Of a stretch of 64,000 nucleotides of DNA, positions 18,791 to 29,867 are shown piece after piece. The translations under genes were made by a program, and so were the position numbers. Source of the DNA: an uncultured bacterium (GTDB lineage Bacteria > Acidobacteriota > Thermoanaerobaculia > Multivoradales > JAHZIX01); assembly GCA_965368975.1 (NCBI GenBank), contig CBDUPA010000021.1, positions 32,001 to 96,000 of the forward strand, in the 5' to 3' direction. The notes beneath the pieces are model-generated. The model was not told the DNA's origin, did no database searches, and worked only from the letters and a program-made list of their open reading frames with translations. How positions within the stretch are numbered: position 1 is the stretch's first letter; every line of letters starts with the position of its first letter.

Positions 18791-20029
18791 TCAGGCTACC
18801 TGACCATCGTGCCCCGACCACACCAGGCCCGACACCAGCTTGGGCAGGAAGCGGGTAGCCTTGGCCGGGAGTAGATCGCCCTTGGAGATCGCTTCGCCGA
18901 AGTCGAGGGCGCTCATCGGCGGCAGGTAGACACCCCAGGTGAAGGTGCCGTCCGTGACCTGGTTGTAGAGCATGTCCGGGTTGGCGCGGTAAGTAGTGGT
19001 GCCGTCGAGGGCGGCTTCGGGGGGCATGCCGAGTTCGGGCAGCAGGTGGAAGTGCAGGTGCGCGACGGCGAGGCGCTCCGACGCCGGGGGGTTGCCAGCG
19101 GGCATCTTGGCGGGATCGAGCAGCCACAGCTCAGTACCTTGACCGTACACCTGGACGGCCAGGGCTGGTTGCTCCGCGTTGGCGACAGCGGCCGCGATGT
19201 CAGGGCCGCTCGACGCTTCCAGGTGACGGACTTCGCGCGCCAGCGGACGTAGCTTGTCGAGATCCTGCGCGGCGGCGAAGGCGCGGTGGATGGGGTCGAT
19301 CACCATGTCTTCGTCGCGCATGCTGAACAGGACGGCCATCTTGCAGCCGGCGGCGGTGCTCTGGCCAGCGTGGCCTTCCTGCTCGGCGTAGGTGCGACCC
19401 ACCTTGTAGCGATGGTGGCCGTCGGCGATGGCGGCCGTGCAGGGGCCAAGGAGTTGCTGGTATTGCTGCACGCGCGCCGGCTCATGGACGCGATAGAGAC
19501 GATGGACGTTGCCGGCATCGTCGGTGTGGGCGACCAGGGGGTCACTCGCCGTGTCTTCGGAAATCATCGCCGCCATGGAGCCGGGCTCGTCGGCCAGGAA
19601 CATGACCGGCTCGTAGTCGGTGCGCGTGGCCTTGAGCAGGTTCAGACGATCGGCGAAGGGCTTGTCGAGCGTCTTCTCGTGCGGCCGGATGACGCCGGAG
19701 CTTTCGGGCTCGACACCGACCAGCACGCAGATACCGACGCGCTGGCCTCCGCCCGCGAGGTCGACGACATACGGGTAGAGCGACGGTTCCTCGTCGCGCT
19801 GAACGGTCCCGTCGCCGCGCCACTGCTGGTGTAGGGCAGCACTATGCTGGTAGACATCGCCCTCGGGGCCGGGCACCGGCTTGGTGAGGTGGGCGAAATG
19901 GTGCGGCTGGGTCCGCTGCAGGCGGTCGCGCAGTTGGTCGTCGATCTGATCGAAGGGCGGTGCGGCCAGGGTCGCAGGATCGTTGCCCTGGGCGCTATAG
20001 CGAAGGCCTTGGAAGGCGTGGATGCGCAT
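18791..20029 (-). CDS. DUF1015 family protein
   Basis: MRIHAFQGLRY, APPFD, IRPHEKT, IADGHHRY and KATRFLPKLVSGL. Confidence 0.9.
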   Translation of the reverse strand: MRIHAFQGLRYSAQGNDPATLAAPPFDQIDDQLRDRLQRTQPHHFAHLTKPVPGPEGDVYQHSAALHQQWRGDGTVQRDEEPSLYPYVVDLAGGGQRVGICVLVGVEPESSGVIRPHEKTLDKPFADRLNLLKATRTDYEPVMFLADEPGSMAAMISEDTASDPLVAHTDDAGNVHRLYRVHEPARVQQYQQLLGPCTAAIADGHHRYKVGRTYAEQEGHAGQSTAAGCKMAVLFSMRDEDMVIDPIHRAFAAAQDLDKLRPLAREVRHLEASSGPDIAAAVANAEQPALAVQVYGQGTELWLLDPAKMPAGNPPASERLAVAHLHFHLLPELGMPPEAALDGTTTYRANPDMLYNQVTDGTFTWGVYLPPMSALDFGEAISKGDLLPAKATRFLPKLVSGLVWSGHDGQVA

Positions 20030-20251
20030 GGGATCTCCTCGGTGGGTCGAGTCAGGTAGGTCTATCTGAGGCGACGCCGTGGAGTGCTGGATGAGCGCCG
20101 CGCCCTGATTGTACTCGGGTGTCGATCCGGATTCATCCGAGCGCCAACCAGAACCCGGCCCCCGAGAGCCGGGAGCCGGGCTGTGGGAAGTGAAGCCCTT
20201 CTGAGTGCAGCGCTCGAGAGCGCCGTTCAGAAGCTTGTAGATCTTCGAAAG

Positions 20252-22390
20252 CTAGAAGCTGTAGGCCAGCCCCAAGCTATAGAAGCTGACTTCGCCAGAC
20301 GTGTCGTAGAGGTACGGCGTGTCGTCCTGGAAGTCGAGATAGCGATACCCGCCGGTGACGGCCAGCTGCGCGGTGGCCTGATAGCGCAAGCGCAGCGCCA
20401 GCTCCAAGCGGGAGAGATCGAGATCGGAGTTGGTGTGGGTCAGGGTGAAGTCGTAACTCTGGTTGGGGTTGAGCAGAGTGCCGGGGACCTCGAAGTCGAA
20501 GGGCGCGAGGGCGGCTTCAGCCTCGGTCCACGCCAGATCCAATCCCAGTTCGAGTTCGTTCGTGGGCTGCCACTCGAGACCGGTGGCGATCACGCTGTCG
20601 TTGGTGTCGTAGTTGAGCAGAGTGCGTGCCGAGCCAGACTGGCCCGAAAGGATCGAGCCTGCTCAGCCATCGAAGATGGGGATGAACGATGGATACTTCA
20701 GCTCGGTATCGTGCCAGGCATAGGAGCCGTACCACTGCCAGGTCTCCGCCGGCGCCCACCAGAGAGTCGCAGTGAAGCTCTGGTGCGTGCGCGACCAGTC
20801 GGTGAAGTCGAGGTCTTCCGAGCCGTCGTTGTCACCGTCCCACCAGGTGTAGGAGGCGCTGAAGTTGCTCTTGCCGGTGGCGTACGTGCCCCCCAGCTTG
20901 ACCTCGTCCCAGCTCTCGGCGGCCGCCGTCGTGTCCGCGACGCGCGCGTCCTGGAACTCGTAGTATTGCGCCGCAGTCGGTGCGAAGGGGCTGGGAGCAG
21001 CACTCGAGACCAGGGTCGAGAAGGCACCGTCGACCGTCGCGAAGGGATGGTCGACCTGGCCGTGGCGATAGCCCGCGGACAGGCGCAGACCTTGGCGCGG
21101 CCTGGCCCACCAGCGCAGCCCCAGGACATTCTCGGTGGTGTCGGTCTCACCGAGCGCGACCTCGTAGTGATCCCGTCGTAGATCCTCGTACTCCCAGAGC
21201 AGCCGCACTCGCCCCGCCTTGCCGGGAAGCTTGGTGGTCAAGTCGAGCTTGGAGTCGAAGATCTCGCGGTCGAGGGCCGACTGTCGCAGGTAGTCTGGAT
21301 CGAAGCCGTAGACGTCACGGAAGGTACGACCAGCATGCGGCCCCGCAATGCCAGGCGGCTCGGCGATGTCGACGAAGATGTCGTCGCTGTCGATCTGCGT
21401 GTAGCGGCCACGCCAGCGCAGTTTCCAGCGCTCGTGGAAGGTGTGCACCGCGTTCACCGCATAGCCATCGTAGTGCGCCGACAACCCCGTGAGTTCGTTC
21501 TCGGTCTGCGACCAGACGCCACTGGCATCCAGGGCCAGGCCGCCGGGACGCGCGAAGCTGAGGGTCAGCTTGGCGATGTCCTTGCTGGTGTCTGGGCGCT
21601 GGTGCACCGGCTGCGGACCCTGAGCCGAGTCCCACTGCAGGCGGTTGTCGAACACCGGGACGCGCAACTCGGGTTGCAGGGCGTCGTCGAACAGAAGGTC
21701 GATATCACGCACACCTTCGCGCAGCTCGCGCCGGACATAGCTGGCGCGCAGCTGGGTGTGTTGCCAGGCATAGGAAACCTCGACACCGACGTCTTCCGTG
21801 CTCTCGTCGAGCGGCCGACTCTGACTGTAGACATGGCAGGAGTCGCAGTGCGAGATGGTGAGCGCCTGGTATTGCCCTTCGCGTTCCTGGCGACGGTAGA
21901 GCAAGGCCAGGGTGAGAGCATCCCAGTCGCGAGGTTGGAACTCGGTGCGATGCCGCAGGTCACTGTAGGTGAGCTCGTAGTCGGCAGCCGGATCCAGGTC
22001 GGTGTGATGGACGTAGCGGCCGTGATTGGTAGCCGCTTCGAGATTGGACAGTGGATCGTGACCCAAACGATGGAAGAGCTTCAGGAACTCGGTGCTCGAG
22101 CGCAGCTGACGCCCCCCCAAGTCGAACGCCAAGCGGTGCATCTGGTCGTCGTCGTCGCGCCAGTCGAGGTCGAGATCGAGAAAGCCCGCCTCCAGTGCGC
22201 TGGTGAAGCGTAGTTGCAGATCGACACCGCCATCGGTTGTCTCGTATTCACTGACCACATCGGGGGAGCCATCGACATCCGCATCCCAGACACCAACTTG
22301 CAGCTCACCTTCCTGGGTCTCCTCGGTGAAGCCCACTGCCGGCAGGACGAGCAGCATGCCCAGCAGCAAAGGGCAGAACAAGCGTTTCAT
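20252..22390 (-). CDS. MtrB/PioB-like outer-membrane beta-barrel with CXXCH, probable selenoprotein (in-frame UGA at 20663-20665, 712 aa)
   Basis: ORFs 20663..22390 and 20252..20593 are in the same frame, separated only by TGA plus 23 sense codons. The read-through product ends SLGLAYSF (beta-signal). It has a signal peptide, HCDSCH, a SECIS-like hairpin and an upstream decaheme gene. Confidence 0.85.
20630..20646 (-). promoter_or_regulatory. Putative bacterial SECIS element
   Basis: Minus-strand CGGGCC-AGUCU-GGCUCG hairpin at +17..+33 after UGA, with GU in the apical loop at +24/+25. Confidence 0.75.
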
Positions 22391-22405
22391 GATCTTCCTC
22401 CTCGC

Positions 22406-23359
22406 TTACCAGGTCAGGCCGCGACCCTGGCCGGGAACCGTCTGCGACGGCAGGTCCGAACCATGGACTCGGGAGTGGCACTGAGTGCAGCTGGTGGTGA
22501 AGGCGATGTTCATGCCGCGAGGGCCAAACGGGTTCTCACGCTCAAAACCGCCGATCTCCACTTCGTCACCTTCGCCGCCGCGATAGCCGGAGTGGAAGTG
22601 TGGCTCGTGGCACTGCAGGCACAGCGCCGGTTCGTTCGCCACCAGCAGGTTGTCCGCCACTGATCCATGCGGATTGTGGCAGCTCGAGCAGTCTTCTTGC
22701 ACCGGTTCGTGCTCGAAGACGAAGGGGCCTTCTTTGTCCTGGTGGCAGTCGTAGCACAGGTCGTTACTGCGCAGCGCGGTCCGTAGCTGTCCCTCGCGTG
22801 CGTTGTGCACGTCATGGCAGCTGGCGCAGTCCATCTTGCCTTCACGCAATGGATGGTGCGACGGCAGCCGGAAGCTGGCGACCACGGCGCCATGGCAATC
22901 CTGGCAACTGTCGAGTGATGCCACTCTCGTCTCGGCGCGGTGGACCGAGTGGCAGTCGGTGCAACCCACATCTTCAAGGGCGTGCGTCGAAGCGTGCCAC
23001 TGGCCCAGCCCTTTGACCTGGTGACACGAGAGGCAGGTCTTGTCGCCCCAGGTCGTATCACCAAAGCCGCCGATGCTCTCGGGCGTCATCTCATCAATGT
23101 GCACCGAGCCCGGGCCATGGCAACCCTCGCAGCCGGTCGCACGGCCTTGCACTTCAAAGGGCTGGATGCGCGCATGAATCTGCGCCAAGCCGAGCTGCAG
23201 GTCTTCGTGACAGGTTAGGCAGGTTTCGTCGCCGACGTACTCGGCGGGTATGCCATCGAGCGAGGCGCTTCCCGCCGGGGAGAGATCGGCAGGATGACGC
23301 GCCGCGACGGTCCCGAGTAGCACCAGCGACACTGAGCAGAAGAGCAGTGTGCCTCTCAC
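22406..23359 (-). CDS. DmsE/MtrA-type periplasmic decaheme cytochrome c
   Basis: Ten CXXCH motifs counted. CEGCHGPGSVH, GPFVFEHEPV and CHSRVHGSD. AGGAGG RBS precedes GTG 23359, followed by a signal peptide. Confidence 0.92.
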   Translation of the reverse strand: MRGTLLFCSVSLVLLGTVAARHPADLSPAGSASLDGIPAEYVGDETCLTCHEDLQLGLAQIHARIQPFEVQGRATGCEGCHGPGSVHIDEMTPESIGGFGDTTWGDKTCLSCHQVKGLGQWHASTHALEDVGCTDCHSVHRAETRVASLDSCQDCHGAVVASFRLPSHHPLREGKMDCASCHDVHNAREGQLRTALRSNDLCYDCHQDKEGPFVFEHEPVQEDCSSCHNPHGSVADNLLVANEPALCLQCHEPHFHSGYRGGEGDEVEIGGFERENPFGPRGMNIAFTTSCTQCHSRVHGSDLPSQTVPGQGRGLTW

Positions 23360-23541
23360 GGCGGGACCTCCTTCCCTTGCTCCGCAAGTGCGAATCGCGC
23401 TCGGGAGCGAATTCATCGTCATCCCGAATTTAGCGCGACAGCGAACTACAGGCATCCACCGAGAGGAGAGTTAGTCCGCCGTCTGATCGGAGTGGTGGAC
23501 TGCCCGAAAGGGTAGCAAGAGGCGCTGCGGACTGTACCTTG

Positions 23542-24896
23542 CTACGTCACCGCGGTCTGCTGCCGGAACTCTCCTCTCCGCCACTCCTCGTCGATCATGA
23601 CCCGCCGCAGAGCTTCGACCGCATCCCACATGTCGACGTAGCGCAGGTAGAGCGGTGCCAAGCCGAAGCGCAGGACGTCTGGAGCGCGGAAGTCGCCGAT
23701 CACGCCTCGGGCGATGAGCGCTTGCACGATGGCGTATCCCTCGGGGTGGCGCAGGCAGACCTGACTGCCGCGCTGCTGGGCACCTTCAGGGCACGCCAGC
23801 TCGAGAGCGAAGTCTGCGCACCGCTCGGCAACGAGCCGCAAGAAGAGATCGCCCAACCGCATCGACTTGCGGCGCACCGCGTGCAGGTCGACGCCGTCCC
23901 AGACATCGAGAGCGGCGTCGAGAGCGGCCAGGCTGAGGATGGGGGGCGTGCCGCAGACGAAGCGCTGAATGCCGTCGGCGGGACGGTAGTCGAGGTCGAA
24001 GGCGAAGGGAGCTTCGTGGCCGAGCCAGCCACTGAGCGGTGAATGGACCCACGGCTGCAAGCGCTCGGCGACGTAGAGGAAGGCCGGAGCACCAGGCCCC
24101 CCGTTGAGATACTTGTAACCACAGCCGACGGCGAGATCGACGTTGCAGGCGTCCAGTTCGACGGGCAGTGCACCAGCGCTGTGGGCCAGGTCCCAGAGCA
24201 TCAAGGCACCCGCATCGTGGACAGCCCGGGTGACGGCTTGCATGTCGTGCTGGGCCCCGGTCCTGAAGTCGACGTGGGTCAGAGCGACGACCGCGACGGC
24301 ATCACCATGCTCGCGCAGGGCAGCGCTCAGACCTTCTGCGACAGGCTCGCGGCTGCACGGGGCGGCGTCGATCACCTGCACGCGGCATCGATCCTCCCCC
24401 AGAAGCCTTGCATGATGTAGAGGTCGGAAGGGAAATTGCCGCGTTCGGACAGGATGAGTGATAGGCCCCCTGGCTTGCCTGCGGCCCCCTTTGGCTTGCC
24501 AACAGCCCTCCCCGGCTTGCCAACAGCCCTCCCCGGCTTACCAACAGTAAAGTCGAGAGCAGCGGCGAGCAGTTTGAACAAATTGGCGGACGTAGAGTCC
24601 GCGACCATCACCTGGCCAGGTTTCGCCCCGACGAGCCGGGCGATCTTGTCGCCGGTACGGCGAGCCAGATCGATCCAGCCATGCTGATTCCAAGAGCGGA
24701 TGAGATCGTGCCCCCACTCCTGCGTGACCACCTGCTGCAGGCGCTCGGGGACCCCGAGCGGCAGGGCGCCGAGGGAGTTGCCGTCGAGGTAGAGAACACC
24801 TTCGGGCAAGGAAAACTCGAGGCGCAGGGATGCCAGGGGATCGTCGTGGTCGAGAGCGGCGCAAGCGTCGCGGCTAGCCAGGGCAGAAGCAGGCAT
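23542..24896 (-). pseudogene. kynU: Kynureninase, frameshifted near 24400
   Basis: The N-half (YLDGNSLGALP, DSTSANLFK, NFPSDLY) and C-half (WDLAHSAGA, GCGYKYLNGGPG) lie in different frames. Confidence 0.85.
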
Positions 24897-25023
24897 GGGT
24901 GATATGGTTACATACTACGAACCGTAGCAAACGGTTCCTCTGAAGCGAGTCTTGCATTGACGTCTGACGCTTTGATGTCGACTACGTCGAAGCACCCCAC
25001 CAGCAGGAGGATCTCCCAGCACC

Positions 25024-25362
25024 GTGAGCAAGTATCTGTACGTCCAGCTGTGGCGAATGAACACCGAGTGGCTGGGCCTGTCGGAGCAAGAGCGACTGGA
25101 ATTCGTCTACCAGATCGGCATCGTGATCAAGGATCTGATCAAAGAAGGCTCGGAGCTGGTGGGCTTCAGCCTCAACGATCACGACACACCGGAGCGCATC
25201 GAGTACCGCTACATGGCGGTGTGGAAGACGACGAAGGAGAACGTACAGCGCATCGACAACGCCTTCAAGGAAGCCGGCTGGAACGAGTACTTCTCTCACG
25301 TCAACGCCCGCGGTGAAGTGGTGCAGCCGCAAGAGTTCTTGCGGCACATGATCCACATCTAG
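25024..25362 (+). CDS. DUF6616-like hypothetical protein
   Basis: LYVQLW...WLGLSEQER...YRYMAVW...AGWNEYF pattern, recalled from this family. AGGAGG RBS upstream. Confidence 0.65.
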   Translation: MSKYLYVQLWRMNTEWLGLSEQERLEFVYQIGIVIKDLIKEGSELVGFSLNDHDTPERIEYRYMAVWKTTKENVQRIDNAFKEAGWNEYFSHVNARGEVVQPQEFLRHMIHI

Positions 25363-25387
25363 CGGATACGGTGGAGGCTGACTCAGG

Positions 25388-27451
25388 ATGACCGCCCTGC
25401 CCTTCGAGTCGATTTACCGTCACGGCCTCGTGCGCGCCGCGGTCGCGATTCCGCGGGTGCGACTCGGGGACCCGTGCGCCAATCTCGACCACACATCGGC
25501 GTTGATCGAACGCGCGGCGGCGCAGCACGCAGCGCTGGTGATGTTCCCGGAGCTGGGGTTGTCGGCGTATTCGCTGGAGGATCTCTTCCACCAGCAAGCC
25601 CTGCTCGACGCGAGCGAGCAAGCCCTACGCGATTTGTTGATGGCCAGCCGTGCGTGGCTGCCGGTGGTGGTGGTCGGTGCGCCACTGCGGCATTGGGGAC
25701 GCCTCTACAACTGCGCCTTCGTGCTGCACCGTGGCCAGATGCTCGGAGTGGTCCCCAAGAGCTACCTGCCCAACTACCGAGAATTCTACGAAGGACGTCA
25801 CTTCACGGCAGGGGTCCGAGCGCCCGAGGAGAACGTACGCTTGTTCGGCCAGGACGTGCCCTTTGGCAACGACCTGCTGTTCTCCGCCGTCGACCTGCCG
25901 CTGTTCTGCCTGCACACCGAAATCTGCGAGGACTTCTGGGTTCCCCTGCCGCCAAGCACCATGGCGGCGATGGCCGGAGCGACGGTGCTGTGCAACCTGT
26001 CGGCGAGCAACATTACGATCGGCAAGGCCAGCTACCGTCACACGCTGTGCGCCAGCCAGAGCGGGCGCTGCGTCGCGGCCTATCTGTACGCAGCCGCGGG
26101 TGCCGGCGAATCGACCACCGACCTGGCCTGGGACGGGCACGCCATGATCTACGAGAACGGTGAGCTGTTGGCGGAGTCGGAGCGATTTGGACACGAAGAA
26201 CAGTTGATCTACGCCGATCTCGACCTGGAGCGCCTCGAGCAGGATCGCCTGCGCCTGACCAGTTTCCACGACTGCGCCGTCGAGCACGCCGAGGCGGTCA
26301 AAAAGCTACGCCGCATCGACTTCGGCTTCGGCCAGCTGCCGACCGACGCCCGTGGCCTGCGGCGTCCGCAGGAGCGCTTCCCGTATGTGCCCAAGGACAC
26401 CGCCGAACGCGACGCGCGCTGCTACGAGGCGTACAACATCCAGGTCCATGGCCTGATACAGCGCTTGCGCGCCACCGGTATCAACAAGCTGGTGATCGGT
26501 GTCTCGGGTGGCCTGGACTCGACGCAGGCACTACTCGTGGCGGTGCGCGCCATGGACCAGCTCGGTCTACCACGGCGGAACGTGCTGGCCTACACCATGC
26601 CGGGCTTCGCCACCTCGGACCGCACCTACGACAACGCCTGGGCGCTGATGCGAGCACTCGGTGTAAGCGGCGAGGAGGTCGACATCCGCCCGTCGTGCCG
26701 CCAGATGCTCGAAGACATCGACCATCCGTTCAGCGATGGCGAGCCGGTCTACGACGTCACCTTCGAGAACGTCCAAGCCGGCGAGCGCACGTCGCACCTG
26801 TTCCGCCTGGCCAACCACCACGGCGCGCTGGTGCTGGGCACGGGTGACCTGTCCGAGCTGGCACTGGGCTGGAACACCTACGGCGTCGGCGATCAGATGA
26901 GCCACTACAACGTCAACGCATCGGTGCCCAAGACGTTGATCCAGTTTCTGATCCGCTGGCTGATCGCGCGCGGCGATTATGGCAACGAGACCAACGTCGT
27001 GCTGCAATCGATCCTCGACACCGAGATCTCTCCCGAGCTGGTACCCACCAGCGACAACGACAAAGCCCAGCAACCCGCCCAGAGCACGCAAGAGGTCATC
27101 GGCCCCTACGAGCTGCAGGACTTTCACCTCTACTTCGTCAGCCGCTACGGCTTCCGTCCCAGCAAGGTCGCCTTCCTCGCCCACCACGCCTGGGGCGACC
27201 GCGATCAAGGCGCCTGGCCGCGCGAATTGCCGGACGACGAACGCCGAGAGTACGACCTGGCGTCGATCAAGAAGTGGCTGCGCATCTTCCTCGACCGCTT
27301 CTTCCGCACCAGCCAGTTCAAGCGGTCGGCGATGCCCAATGGACCCAAGGTGGGCTCCGGCGGCTCACTCTCCCCGCGCGGTGACTGGCGCGCACCCAGC
27401 GATGGGAACTCCGTGGTGTGGCTGGAAGAGTTGGAGAAGAACGTGCCCTGA
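25388..27451 (+). CDS. nadE: Glutamine-dependent NAD+ synthetase
   Basis: Nitrilase domain ([23 protein letters not shown]) plus synthetase domain ([27 protein letters not shown]). Confidence 0.97.
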   Translation: MTALPFESIYRHGLVRAAVAIPRVRLGDPCANLDHTSALIERAAAQHAALVMFPELGLSAYSLEDLFHQQALLDASEQALRDLLMASRAWLPVVVVGAPLRHWGRLYNCAFVLHRGQMLGVVPKSYLPNYREFYEGRHFTAGVRAPEENVRLFGQDVPFGNDLLFSAVDLPLFCLHTEICEDFWVPLPPSTMAAMAGATVLCNLSASNITIGKASYRHTLCASQSGRCVAAYLYAAAGAGESTTDLAWDGHAMIYENGELLAESERFGHEEQLIYADLDLERLEQDRLRLTSFHDCAVEHAEAVKKLRRIDFGFGQLPTDARGLRRPQERFPYVPKDTAERDARCYEAYNIQVHGLIQRLRATGINKLVIGVSGGLDSTQALLVAVRAMDQLGLPRRNVLAYTMPGFATSDRTYDNAWALMRALGVSGEEVDIRPSCRQMLEDIDHPFSDGEPVYDVTFENVQAGERTSHLFRLANHHGALVLGTGDLSELALGWNTYGVGDQMSHYNVNASVPKTLIQFLIRWLIARGDYGNETNVVLQSILDTEISPELVPTSDNDKAQQPAQSTQEVIGPYELQDFHLYFVSRYGFRPSKVAFLAHHAWGDRDQGAWPRELPDDERREYDLASIKKWLRIFLDRFFRTSQFKRSAMPNGPKVGSGGSLSPRGDWRAPSDGNSVVWLEELEKNVP

Positions 27452-27460
27452 ACGCACTAT

Positions 27461-27721
27461 TCAGTCGAGAGGGGCGATCTTTCCCGGAGCTTCCAAATTC
27501 TCGGCGTGGTGCCAGGCGTCGAGAAGATCGCGTTGGTGCAGCGAGGCCCACTCCGAGACCAGGCCCATCGCCCGCGGCGGCAACTTGCCGGCCAAGACCG
27601 CCAGCGAATGAATCTCGATCAGCACCTCGTGCTTGCCGTAGAACGCATGAAAGTGCGGCGGAGCATGGTCACCGAAGTACATGCGGATGACGATGCCGTA
27701 GAAACGGCACAGTTCAGGCAT
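27461..27721 (-). CDS. DUF4160 domain protein (putative toxin)
   Basis: MPELCRFYGIVIRMYFGDHAPPHFHAFYG signature. Confidence 0.9.
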   Translation of the reverse strand: MPELCRFYGIVIRMYFGDHAPPHFHAFYGKHEVLIEIHSLAVLAGKLPPRAMGLVSEWASLHQRDLLDAWHHAENLEAPGKIAPLD

Positions 27722-27998
27722 GGATGGCTGGCGGTAGACCACATTCGAACAGCACATCCGGCTGCATGCGAGTCAGCTGCAAGTAGAGGCTGTCCGCGCA
27801 CAACTCGACATCGTCTGTCCAGGCGATAGAACCATGATCGCTGACATGAACTTGTTCGAAGCAGGAGCGATCGTCCCAGATGCTGAAGACACCCTTCCCG
27901 GCGAAGGAACTGAGATCGACTTCTCCCACGATATCGTCCGCGTACCGCAACCAAATACGGTAGCCGTCGCGAGCCTCGACTTGGATTGGTCTCACCAT
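27714..27998 (-). CDS. DUF2442 domain protein (putative antitoxin)
   Basis: YRIWLRYAD...GEVDLS...GSIAW...ELCADSLY. Overlaps the DUF4160 gene. Confidence 0.88.
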   Translation of the reverse strand: MVRPIQVEARDGYRIWLRYADDIVGEVDLSSFAGKGVFSIWDDRSCFEQVHVSDHGSIAWTDDVELCADSLYLQLTRMQPDVLFECGLPPAIHA

Positions 27999-28000
27999 AG

Positions 28001-29251
28001 TGCGGCAAGCCTATCATCCTGCTGACCAGCCTGGAGCCGGGACGCGCCTACGACGAGCAACAGCTGCGCGACGCGGTCCATCGCATCCAGCGCCTGCCGT
28101 TCATTCTCGACGCCGAGCTGGCCCTGCGTCGGGGCAGCGTGCGCGGCCAATACCAGCTGGTGATCGAGGTGCAGGAGAGCCTGCTGTGGTTCTTCGGCGT
28201 GCAGCTGCGCGGCTACGTGTTCAACGAGTTCGTGTCGCTGGAAACCGGCTTCCGAACCGAGAACGAATCGAACTGGCTGATCACCGCCGGCATGCGCTAC
28301 TTCGTCGGCACGCGTGGCATGGCCTTCGCCGCCTACGGAGGCGACAGCTTTCTGCAAGCCGGCTACACGCAGTACGACATTCTCGACCGCGGCATCGTCG
28401 GCACCGTCGCCTGGACGCGTCACGAATGCTGCCCAGTGCGAGTGTTCTCGCTCGGCCTCGACCCGACCTTCTCCAGTTGGTCTCTGCGCGATGCCGAGCA
28501 GATCGAGCTCGTGGTCGGTGCACCGCTGCGAGGCAATCAATCGCTCGAGTTCAGCCTGCTGCACCTGCAAGCCGAACACGGCCTGCGTCAACGCGCCGCA
28601 GGTAGCCTGTTCCAGCGCCGGTGGGACATTCGCGACCTCACCTACGAGCGCGCCGAACTGGATTGGGTGCACAACACCACCGACGACAACCTACTGCCTC
28701 GTCAAGGGCAGGAACTGCGCGGCGGGCTCTTTCTGAATCGCCTTCGCGGTGAACTGACACCACTGAGCTCCTTCCTCGACCCAACCGACCTGGCACTGCC
28801 ACCGCCTGTCAGCGTCGACGCCCGCCAGTTCGGCGTCGCTCTGAGCGCCAGCCGCTACTGGCCCCTCACGCAGCGCCAAACACTGTCGCTGGGTGGTCGA
28901 GCCAGCCTCGGCCGCTCGGAGGTCGGCGACCTGCCTCGAGACCAGAACCTGCTCGCGCCCCAGCCGCCCCCAGGGCTCGGGCTCGGCAACACTGACCTCA
29001 CGAGCTACGAGCTGAACCTGCGTCTCGGACATGCTGTCAGCTTGTGGTCACAAGCCACGCAGCGTCGACGGCACGGCGAGCTGCGCTTCGAAACGGCTGT
29101 CGAATGGGCGCACGAGGGAACGTCCCCGGATCTCGATCTGCCTGACAACCCTCTGCAACGTCTCGACATATCGGCCGGCCTAGTGCTGCGCAACCGCTGG
29201 GGCCTGTTCCGACTCAGCTTCTCCTACGTACAGCTGGAGGGCCGGGAATGA
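28001..29251 (+). pseudogene. 5'-truncated Omp85/BamA-TamA-like protein (POTRA remnant plus beta-barrel)
   Basis: The frame is open from 28001 (after TAG 27998-28000) with POTRA-like LEPGRAYDEQQLRDAVHRIQRLPF...LVIEVQE, but there is no upstream start or signal peptide. Confidence 0.6.
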
Positions 29252-29432
29252 GTCGGTTCAGTGCGCCGATGCGCCTGCTCCCGCTGCTCTGGTTGCTCCT
29301 GCTGCTACCTATCGGGTCGTTCGCGGACGAAACGCCGGCTCCTCGCTTGCAATGGGTCGAACAACAAGTACGCCTGAGCGACCTGCCGTCAATCCTGCGG
29401 CGCCCTGAGGTCGAGAAGCAGTTGGGCAGTGG

Positions 29433-29436
<4 letters not shown>
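29248..29436 (+). pseudogene. N-terminal fragment of an exported DUF4390-like protein
   Basis: Signal peptide and EVEKQLGSGL, after which the sequence switches to regulator-coding DNA in another frame. Confidence 0.45.
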
Positions 29437-29837
<401 letters not shown>

Positions 29838-29867
29838 ACGCGGCGGCGAGTAGCCCTGAAGTCAGGC

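Noticed and set aside
20252-20593. Independent 113-aa gene
   Set aside because: No RBS or signal peptide. It is in frame with the upstream porin and supplies its C-terminal strands through UGA read-through.
23400-23540. Riboswitch upstream of the decaheme cytochrome
   Set aside because: A GAAA-tetraloop hairpin is present on the opposite strand, but I could not match any known aptamer consensus.
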